Source: Haliotis rufescens (taxonomy: Eukaryota). From it: a stretch of DNA of 64,000 bases. Every line of letters starts with the position of its first letter. Within the stretch, counting starts at the first letter, position 1. The position numbers and the translations under genes were made by a program. This document shows positions 53,652-64,000 of the stretch, piece by piece. The notes beneath the pieces are model-generated. The model was given only the letters and a program-made list of their open reading frames with translations. It was not told the origin of the DNA and did no database searches. The stretch covers positions 31,620,001 through 31,684,000 of the forward strand of contig NW_025963791.1 in assembly GCF_023055435.1 (NCBI RefSeq), written 5' to 3'.

Positions 53652-54665
53652 TTAGATGCAAACACCTCAACAGAACGCCTACACATGTCTCCTTACTGCC
53701 TTAGATGCACACACCTCAACAGAACGCCTACACATGTCTCCTCACTGCCTTAGATGCACACACCTCAACAGAACGCCTACACATGTCTCCTCACTGCCTT
53801 AGATGCAAACACGTCAACAGAACGCCTACACATGTCTCCTCACTGCCTTAGATGCAAACACCTCAACAGAACGCCTACACATGTCTCCTCACTGCCTTAG
53901 ATGCACACACCTCAACAGAACGCCTACACATGTCTCCTTACTGCCTTAGATGCACACACCTCAACAGAACGCCTACACATGTCTCCTCACTGCCTTAGAT
54001 GCACACACCTCAACAGAACGCCTACACATGTCTCCTCACTGCCTTAGATGCACACACCTCAACAGAACGCCTACACATGTCTCCTCACTGCCTTAGATGC
54101 ACACACGTCAAGAGTGAGTGAGTGAGTGAGTTAACATTTAACGTCACATCGGCAATATTACAGCCATATCGTGACGAGAAGTTGGTCATAAATAATGCAT
54201 ATATTTAAACTGTATAAAAACCTGTCATCGAAGGACAGTACGATAACTAGCATATCACAGATTAGATTTAAAACTAGTCGAGGCACATTTAAAAGAAGAA
54301 AGATTGAGTTGACATCACAATATAAAAATGGGCTTGAGATCGTCAGTAACTAAAGGGAGATCACCATACCAGGGACCATGGGGACTTACAGTGCCTTTGC
54401 TTCCTGCATGGACCCCGGCAGGATTTATATCATCCCTTCAGTCACTGGTGATTGTATACCAGTTAAGCCTGAAGTTAAAATGACGAAAATACTACTCTTT
54501 AAAATTCTGGCATGCATACAAATACTTCGAATGATTAGGGACTTACATACCCTCTTAGGGGGACAATAATTTTACGCTACTTCAACCCCCCTCAAGGGTA
54601 CAGCCACTAACAATCTCAGTTAAAAAATAAGCACTACCAATTTATAAAAGAATATCCTAAATACA

Positions 54666-57600
54666 TCAAAATTTATGAAACAGTTCTATTTCTTTTAAAA
54701 AGCATAATATTAAACGATAATTAACGTCATTAAAAAGGTCCTTGACCGTTTTAACACTGAAATATTTATCCCTTGTGATGGAAAAGTCAATACAGTCAAG
54801 CAGGACATGCTTGACCGTGATTCTTTCATCACAAGGGATACAAAACGGAGGATCCTCACCTTTCAATAAATATCCCCGCGTATATCTTGAATGGCCAATA
54901 CGACATCGTCGCATAATGACCTCTTCAAATCTGGACTGACAGCCCAAGTAGGTGTAACCGATATTTGGTTTAATTTCATGTAATTTATTGATACCTACTT
55001 GGGCGTCCCACTTCTGCTGCATTAAATCTCGGATGTAAGATCTGATTACAGGTTTATAATCAGCATATGGGATGAGAAGTGGCGTCACAGATTTGTTGAG
55101 TGCTTCTTTTGCAGCAGCATCGGCCACTGTGTTACCTAAGATACCAACATGGCTGGGTAACCAACAAAAGACAATGTCATATTGGCCAGTAGCAAGATCA
55201 TTAAATAATTCTATAATTTCGTGTAAAAGTGGATGTTCATATGAAACATTCTTAATGGCTTGAAGACAAGAAAGGGAATCAGAAAATATGATGAAGTTAT
55301 TATGTTTGGACTGAGTATTTATATATTTGAGAGCTGTTAATATTGCCTGCGATTCTGCTGTAAAAATGGAACTGTCATTTGGTAATCTGGATGATATGGT
55401 TCTGGATCCAATGACGGTGGCGCAAGCAACTGCGTCACCATCCTTGGATCCATCTGTAAATATAGACTTATAAGTATTGTATGCGCTTCTTAATTGATTA
55501 TATTCTTGCTGATACATGAGTTGATTGGTGTCTGATTTCTTTAGTGCCGTTAATGAAAGATCTACCTGTGGCTTTACTAGTTGCCACGGAGGAGACGAGA
55601 GTAGTTGAGTCTGAGATACGATTGTGAGATCAATATTTGCAGCAGAAATGTCAGGTTGTATTCTTATGCCAAGGGGTGGAACAAGCGACGGTTTCTTATG
55701 ATAGAGGTCTACATGTTGAGGATGAAAAACACAGTCATATGCAGGATTTGATTGATTTGAATATAGTTTTGTGATGTATTGTAAAGATAATTTTAGGCGG
55801 CGGTCTTTAAGGGATGGCTCATCAGCTTCAACATACAGACTAGATACAGGAGATGTTCGGAAGGCACCCAGGCGAAGCCTGAGGCCTTGATGGTGGATAG
55901 AATCAAGCAGTTTTAAGTTACTTTTGCAAGCTCCACCATAAATGATGGAGCCATAATCCAGTTTGGAGCGTATGAGAGCTCTGTACAGTTGGAGGAGAGT
56001 TTTCTGATCCCCTCCCCACTTTGCGTTGGAGACAACTTTCAACAGGTCAAGTGCCTTCAGGCATTTATTCTTTAAATATTTGATATGTGGCAAAAAGGTT
56101 AAATGATGGTCAAAAATAATGCCTAAGAACTTGGCCTCCTTTACAACTTTAATAGGAGTGCCATCTAAAACTAGATCTGGGTCCTTGTGAGGCTTGTACT
56201 GTCTACAAAAATGTATACAATTAGTTTTAGATTTTGAAAATCTAAAACCATTTTCTAATGACCACTTTTGGATTTTGTTTAGGCATAATTGTAGTTGCCT
56301 TTCAATAGTATTCATATTTTTACCACGACAGGAAATATTAAAATCATCCACGAATAAAGATCCATCGATGGAATCGTTTAAAACCTTAGACAGGCTATTT
56401 ATTTTTATGCTAAACAGTGTGACAGACAAAATACTGCCTTGTGGGACACCCTGATCCTGAGTATAATGATCAGACAGGGTAGAACCCACGCGGACCTGAA
56501 ATTGTCTGTCGGATAAAAACTTGGATATAAATTGAGGCAAACGGCCTCGCAATCCAAAGTCATGTAAATCTTTTAAAATGCCATGCTGCCATGTAGTGTC
56601 ATATGCTTTTTCCAGATCGAAAAAGATAGACACTGCATGCTGTTTGTTAACAATGGCATTCTTAACGAATGACTCCAATCTAACTAAATGGTCAATGGTA
56701 CTACGATTTTTACGGAATCCACATTGGATATTTGTAATTAAATTATTGGATTCTAAGTACCATGTTAATCTATTATTGACCATGCGTTCCATGGTTTTGC
56801 AAACGCAACTAGTTAATGAAATTGGTCGATAATTTGAAGGATCAGTATGATCACGACCAGGTTTAGGTATGGGAATTACAATAGCATCACGCCATGAAGA
56901 AGGAAATTCTCCTGATGTCCAGATTGTATCAAAGATCATCAAGAGGGTTTCTAAACAGGATTGAGGTAAATGTTTTAAGAGTTGATAATGTATATTATCA
57001 GACCCTGAAGCAGTGTCATGAGCTTGCCCAAGGGCAGTATTGAGTTCATGAATGGAAAAGATTTCATTGTAATCCTCCCCATTATCTGAAGTAAAAGTAA
57101 TAGGTTTCTTTTCTTGTTGCTTTTGATATTTTTGGAATTGAGGGGCATAATTCGAGGAGGAAGAATGTTGAGCCAGAGTTTCACCAAGTTTGTTAGCAAT
57201 ATCAGAAGTATCGGTTAATAATTCATTCCCATTTTTAAGGTGGTGGACACTAGATTTAGAACCCTTACCTTTTATTTTCTTAATTATGTTCCATACCTTC
57301 GATATCGGCGTACGTGAATTTATCTTCGAGACATAATTTTGCCAAGACTGACGCTTGTTTTGTTTAAATGTACGCCGTGCTTTAGCGTTTAATATTTTGA
57401 ATTTATTTAAATTGTGGACCATAGGATGGCGACGGAAATATTGTTTAGCTTTTTTCCTCGCCTTCCTAGCTAGTTTGCAATCATTGCTGAACCATGGTTT
57501 ACGAATGTGAGGATTTGAAGAGGACTTCGGAATACATTCATCAGCTGTTTTCTTAAGACTATCAGAGAAAAGCTTTATAGGATCAGTGGCATCAATAAAA

Positions 57601-58345
57601 ACATCAGGATTTAGTTGGTTTTTGCAAAGGACTTCATATAAAGCCCAGTTTGCCTTAGGAAAATTCCATCTTGATGATGGAGGAATATCAGATGGTGTCA
57701 CAGATTTTAAAATGGTAGGAAAATGGTCACTTCCACAGAGGTCATCGTGGACTGACCATTCAAATTCATCAAGTAAATTAGAGTCTACAACGGACAAGTC
57801 AAGACAAGAGTAAGTTCCAGTTGCCGGATGTAGATACGTATGAGAACCATCATTAAAAATGCATAAATCGTTAGTTAAGAAAAAATCCTCCAATAATTTA
57901 CCTTTGGAATTGCTGTCATTACTACCCCAAAGTGGGTTATGGCCATTCAGATCTCCCATGAGAACACAGGGCTTAGGGAGTTGGTCATACAGTGCCTGAA
58001 GATCAGACTGTCGGAGAGAGTACGTTGGAGGGACATACAAAGAACACAAAGTAAAAACAATATTCAATGTTATACGTACTGCTACAGCCTGAAGAGGGGT
58101 ATGGAGAGGAACAGGACTGTGAATGATGCCCTGCCTCACCATAACAGAAGATCCCCCAGTTGCTTTATCCCCTGGTGGGGAAAAGCAATGGTAGGAATCA
58201 TATTGTCGTAAATCGTAGTTTTAAGGAACGTTTCTTGCAAACAAAAGGCCGATGGTTTAAAATCTTGAACTAAGAGCTGAAGGTCATTAAAATTGGTCCG
58301 AAGTCCTCTACAATTCCACTGGATTAAATTGGGAGAGCACCTCAT
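54666..58345 (-). CDS. LINE ORF2 (AP endonuclease, reverse transcriptase, RNase H, CCHC), frameshifted near its N-terminus
   Basis: IQWNCRGL..CLQET (58345-58225), frameshift at about 58215, then the 1158-aa ORF: GDLNGH, SDHFP, FFDLEKAYD, GVPQGS, LFVDD, FTDGSK/FTAE/FSDS/WLPSHVGI, CIPC..H....C. Confidence 0.93.
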
Positions 58346-59668
58346 GGCGGCTCAATTGGAGATCGTGAGCGTGGAGAAGGTCCTTTACGCGGTAATGACA
58401 GCGATGGAGTGACCTCCATATCTAAAGGTTCAAAGGGATTTTGAACCTCCAGAGGGAATGTCAAGGGTGAAGGCACCTTAATATGTTTAAGGGCCTTAGA
58501 TTCTTTTTTTCCTTTGTTGCTTTCTTTCTTTTCTGGTTTGGGTCACATCATTTGTTTTGTCACTTTCAGGTACAGGTGAGGTATCAAGTTGAGAGTGAGT
58601 GAGTGAGTGAGGTTCATTTTCTGGCAGAGGTTCCGTTTGTGAAGGTTTTGAAGTGGATTGGGGGGAAGTGGTGGTATCGTCAGCATCAATTTGAAACAAC
58701 ATGGTACGTTCATTTGACACCCAGCTAATAGCTGTTTGGCATCCGTTATCCACTTTGATAGCAGAGGAGACAGCAGCAGAGGAGACAGCAGCAGAGGAGA
58801 CTGCAGCAGAGTAGGTCAGTGAATGGGTGGAAGAGGTTGATTCAATCTGAAGCAGTTTCTTAGCATCTGAGAATGAGATATCATTAGTATATTTTAATTG
58901 GAGTATTTTTGTCTGAATCACAAAGGAAGGGCACGATTTAGATGACGACATGTGGTCACCACTGCAGTTTGAACATTTGATGGTATCTGTACAGTCAGTG
59001 CCATCATGTTTCTTACTGCAGCGGGAGCAAACTGCTGAGTTGCGACAGGATTTAGCTCCATGTCCGAACTGCTGACATTTAAAACAACGGAGTGGATTTG
59101 GTATATACACATCCACTCCGATGTTGAAATATCCGGCCTTGATTGATGAAGGGATCCTTGAAAGGGCAAAAGTAAAAAGGTACGTATTTGTCTTCACAAA
59201 TATTTCACCATCTTTTCTATTGAACCGTTTGACAGATGTAACACCCTGAGGCTTCATTTCTGCTACAATCTCCTCTTCCGACATGTCTGGGAGGCACTTT
59301 GCACGGTCGCGTACAATGCCTCTACATGAATTCAGAGTTTTATGTGCTGAGACAACAATCTCTGTATTTGCAAAATGATGTGCTTGTAAAAGATTGAGAG
59401 ATTGTTGTCTCTTGGCGCATTCCACAAGCAGGGAACCAGACCGGAGACGAGTGACGTTTTTTACTGTACCACATATCCCTTGGATAGATTTTGAAACCAC
59501 AAAGGGGTTGATTCTGAGAGGCTCTCCATCAACTCCTTCGACAACCAGAAATCGTGGCCACGATTCTACATTAAGTAAAGATTCATCATCAGACGACACG
59601 ACACTATCTGTATCGAGATGCCTTCTTTTCGTTTTTGAACGAGAACCAGTGAGCTGTGAGGTAGCCAT
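58342..59668 (-). CDS. LINE ORF1 (gag-like, three zinc knuckles), with an apparent +1 frameshift in an A7 run near the C-terminus
   Basis: ATG 59668 (MATSQLTG); CFKCQQFGH..C, CSRC..H..C, CSNC..H..C. The frame stops at 58496, but removing one base at 58504-58510 continues it to ..NPFEPLDMEV..RSRSPIEPP*, whose TGA overlaps the ORF2 ATG (ATGA, 58345-58342). Confidence 0.88.
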
Positions 59669-62600
59669 AATGAAAGGAAAAGATTCGACACCCCTGTTCC
59701 CCACCCACCATGGAGCGTCAACAAGGACAGTGTTGAAGTGGAAACCGACTACAAACACCAGGGCTTCAGGGGTGCTATACTCCAGCAAAAAGGACGCAGG
59801 TAGCTAAAAATGTCAAACAGGGTAAAAGTCAGGCTGGTTCTGCCCTAGACAGAAACCTGAAGACAAAAAGAACCCGGAGGTCAATAATGCCAGATTGGCC
59901 CATGAGCCACCGCCTTCTGGCATAGGACTCTAGGCAAACCATATTACAGAACATGATATTTAACATTTGTAGATGTCCTGATCAAAACCATTGCATAACA
60001 TTGGAACTAAGTTATCCATGCACAGGGCATGGCGTGACCAGCCGATTGATAGAATCGGGCCCATTCTACCACCCGTCTAGGTGAAGTTAGGGTCAAAGTG
60101 GTGTGTTGGGCAAAAGGAACACTTGTTCCTGGCTCCAATGCCCTCAACCACCAGACTCCCTTCCTCCACCGACCACCAGGGGCGCAACCCACGGCAAACA
60201 GGCTGCCCACTTTGGTCGCCTCTTACGACCAGCAATGGGGTGCTGTGGAAATATTCTACCCCGGTTCCACACGGGGGAAGAGCTATTAGCGCTACCCAGC
60301 ACTCACCACGAGGAGGTTGCTCTTCACGAGTGCCCACACGTCAAGAGAACGCCTACACATGTCTCCTCACTGCCTTAGATGCACACACCTCAACAGAACG
60401 CCTACACATGTCTCCTCACTGCCTTAGATGTACACACGTCAACAGATCGCCAACACATGTCTACTCGCTGCCTTAGATGTACACTCGTCAAGAGAACGCC
60501 TACACATGTCTCGTCACTGCCTTAGATGCACACACCTCAATAGAACAACTATACATGTCTCCTTACTGACTTAGATGCGCACACCTCAACAGAACGCCTA
60601 CACGTCTCCTTACTGCCTTAGATGCAAACACCTCAACGGAACAACTTTACATGTCTCCTTACTGCCTTAGATGCACACACGTCAACAGAACGCTTACACA
60701 TGTCTCCTCACTGCCTTAGATGCACACACCTCAACAGAACGCCTACACATGTCTCCTTACTGCCTTAGATGCACACACCTCAACAGAACGCCTACACACG
60801 TCTTCAACTGTCGTAGATGCACACACCTCAAACGAACGCCTTCACATGTCTCCTCACTGCCTTAGATGCACACACGTCAACCGAACGCCTACACATGTCT
60901 CCTCACTGTCGTAGATGCACGCACGTCAACAGAACGCCTACACATGTCTCCGCACTGCCTTAGATACACACACCTCAACAGAACGTCCATTTGTCTCCTC
61001 ACTGCCTTAGATGCACACACCTCAACAGAACGCCTACACATATCTCCTCATTGCCTTAGATGCACACACGTCAACAGAACGCCAACACATGTCTCCTCAC
61101 TGCCTCAGATGCACACACGTCAACAGAACGCCTACACATGTCTCCTCACTGCCTAAGATGCACACACGTCAACAGAACGCCTACACATGTCTCCTCACTA
61201 CCTTAGATGCACACACGTGAACAGAACGACTACACTTGTCTCCTCACTGCCTCAGATGCACACACGTCAACAGAACGCCTTCACATGTCTCCTCACTGCC
61301 TTAGATGCACACACGTCAACAGAACGCCTACACATGTCTCCCTACTGCCTTAGATGCACACACCTCAACATAACGCCTACACCTGTCTCCCCACTGCCTT
61401 AGATGCACACACGTCAACAGAACGCCTACACATGTCTCCTCACTGCCTTAGATGCACACACCTCAACAGAACAACTATACATGTCTCCTCACTGCCTTAG
61501 ATGCACACACCTCAACAGATCGGCAACACATGTCTCCTCACTGCCTTAGATGCGCACACCTCAACAGAACGCCTACACATGTCTCCTCACTGCCTTAGAT
61601 GCACACACCTCAACAGAACGCCTACACACGTCTTCCACTGTCGTAGATGCACACACCTCGACAGAACGCCTACACATGTCTCCTCACTGCCGTAGATGCA
61701 CACACTTCAACAGAACGCCTACACATGTCTCCTCACTGCCTTAGATGCACACACGTCAACAGAACGCCTACGCATGTCTCCTCATTGCCGTAGATGCACA
61801 CATCTCAACAGAACGCCTACACATGTCTCCCTACTGCCTTAGATGCACACACCTCAACAGAACAACTATACATGTCTCCTCACTGCCTTAGATGCACACA
61901 CGTCAACAAAACGCCTACACATGTCTCCTCACTGCCTTAGATGCACACACCTCAACAGAACGCCTTCACATGTCTCCTCACTGCCGTAGATGCACACACC
62001 TCAACAGATCGCCAACACATGTCTCCTCCCTGCATTAGATGCGCACACCTCAACAGAACGCCTACACATGTCTCCTTACTGCCTTAGATGCACACACCTC
62101 AACAGAACGCCTACACACGTCTTCCACTGTCGTAGATGCACACACGTCAACAGAACGCCTACACATGTCTCCTCACTGTCGTAGATGCACAGACGTCAAC
62201 AGAACGCCTACACATGTCTCCGCACTGCCTTAGATACACACACCTCAACAGAACGTCTATTTGTCTCCTCACTGCCTTAGATGCACACACGTCAACAGAA
62301 CGCTTACACATGTCTCCTCACTGCCTTAGATGCACACACCTCAACAGAACGCCTACACATGTCTCCTCACTGCCTTAGATGTACACACCTCAACAGAACG
62401 CCTACACGTCTCCTCACTGCCTTAGATGCACACACCTCAACAGAACGCCTACACATATCTCCTCATTGCCTTAGATGCACACACGTCAACAGAACGCCAA
62501 CACATGCCTCCTCACTGCCTAAGATGCACACACGTCAACAGAACGCGTACACATGTCTCCTCACTGCCTCAGATGCACACACGTCAACAGAACGCCTACA

Positions 62601-64000
62601 CATGTCTCCTCACTACCTTAGATGCACACACGTGAACAGAACGACTACACTTGTCTCCTCACTGCCTCAGATGCACACACCTCAACAGAACGCCTTCACA
62701 TGTCTCCTTACTGCCTTAGATGCACACACGTCAACAGAACGCCTACACATGTCTCCTCACTGCCTTAGATGCACACACCTCAACAGAACGCCTACACATA
62801 TCTCCTCATTGCCGTAGATGCACACACGTCAACAGAACGCCAACACATGTCTACTCACTGCCTTAGATGCACACACGTGAACAGAACGCCTACACATGTC
62901 TCCTCACTGTCGTAGATGCACACACGTCAACAGAACGCTTACACATGTCTCCTCACTGCCTTAGATGCACACACCTCAACAGAACGCCTACACATGTCTC
63001 CTCACTGCCTTAGATGTACACACCTCAACAGAACGCCTACACGTCTCCTCACTGCCTTAGATGCACACACCTCAACAGAACGCCTACACATATCTCCTCA
63101 TTGCCTTAGATGCACACACGTCAACAGAACGCCAACACATGTCTCCTCACTGCCTAAGATGCACACACGTCAACAGAACGCCTACACATGTCTCCTCACT
63201 ACCTTAGATGCACACACGTGAACAGAACGACTACACTTGTCTCCTCACTGCCTCAGATGCACACACGTCAACAGAACGCCTTCACATGTCTCCTCACTGC
63301 CTTAGATGCACACACGTCAACAGAACGCCTACAGATGTCTCCGCATTGCCGTAGATGCACACATCTGAACAGAACGCCTACACATGTCTCCCTACTGCCT
63401 TAGATGCACACACCTCAACAGAACGCCTACACCTGTCTCCTCACTGCCTTAGATGCACACACGTGAACAGAACGCCTACACATGTCTCCTCACTGCCTTA
63501 GATGCACACACCTCAACAGAACAACTATACATGTCTCCTCACTGCCTTAGATGCACACACGTCAACAGAACGACTACACATGTCTCCTCCCTGCCTTAGA
63601 TGCGCACACCTCAACAGAACGCCTACACATGTCTCCTTTCTGCCTTAGATGCACACACCTCAACAGAACGCCTACATACGTCTTCCACTGTCGTAGATGC
63701 ACACACGTCAACAGAACGCCTACACATGTCTCCTCACTGTCGTAGATGCAAACACGTCAACAGAACGCCTACACATGTCTCCTCACTGTCGTAGATGCAC
63801 ACACGTCAACAGAACGCCTACACATGTCTCCCCACTGCCTTATATGCACACACCTCAACAGAACGCCTACACGTCTCCTCACTGTCGTAGATGCACACAC
63901 GTCAACAGAACGCCTACACATGTCTCCTCACTGTCGTAGATGCACACACCTCAACAGAACGCCTACACATGTCTCCCTACTGCCTTATATGCACACACCT

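Larger units (their letters stand above)
54115..60334 (-). mobile_element. Full-length I-group (Nimb/I-like) non-LTR retrotransposon, 6220 bp
   Basis: 5' UTR, gag-like ORF1, APE-RT-RNaseH-CCHC ORF2, (ACTC)n 3' tail, and a 13-bp TSD cacacgtcaagag at 54102-54114 and 60335-60347. Confidence 0.95.
49688..64000. repeat. 49-bp satellite (tagatgcacacacctcaacagaacgcctacacatgtctcctcactgcct) in three blocks: 49688-50650, 53652-54114 and 60335 to the window end
   Basis: Visible tandem units; the array phase continues across both insertions. Confidence 0.97.

Noticed and set aside
59669-59788. ORF1 start at 59788
   Set aside because: Non-ATG start called by the ORF finder; the first suitable ATG is at 59668.
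60335-64000. CRISPR-like array or short MHTRQQNAYTC ORFs
   Set aside because: Contiguous 49-bp satellite; the ORFs are repeat translations.

Overview
Eukaryotic (animal) genomic DNA, most likely a gastropod mollusc (abalone-like, judged from the repeat content; inference). It is not prokaryotic, so many TTG/GTG-started ORFs in the track are artefacts. The core of the window is a minus-strand tandem array of TRIM E3-ligase genes (RING exon + phase-1 intron + one large B-box1/B-box2/coiled-coil/six-bladed NHL-like propeller exon), spaced about 9-10 kb apart. It holds three intact copies (647, 637 and 640 aa when spliced), one frameshifted copy, one orphan RING exon and decayed fragments. The paralogs are near-identical in the RING/B-box/coiled-coil region but hypervariable in the propeller loops predicted to form the ligand-binding face. 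They are sequence mosaics, and two carry perfect ISRE/IRF-like motifs near a putative 5' non-coding exon, which suggests a diversifying innate-immune receptor/effector locus. The array is bracketed by a 28-bp satellite (with a 1624-bp higher-order duplication) and a 49-bp satellite. The 49-bp array hosts a non-autonomous PIF/Harbinger-type transposon and a full-length I/Nimb-type LINE whose ends match three local SINE-like families. Intergenic units carry co-duplicated mariner, Tc1 and SINE fossils that date the duplications.
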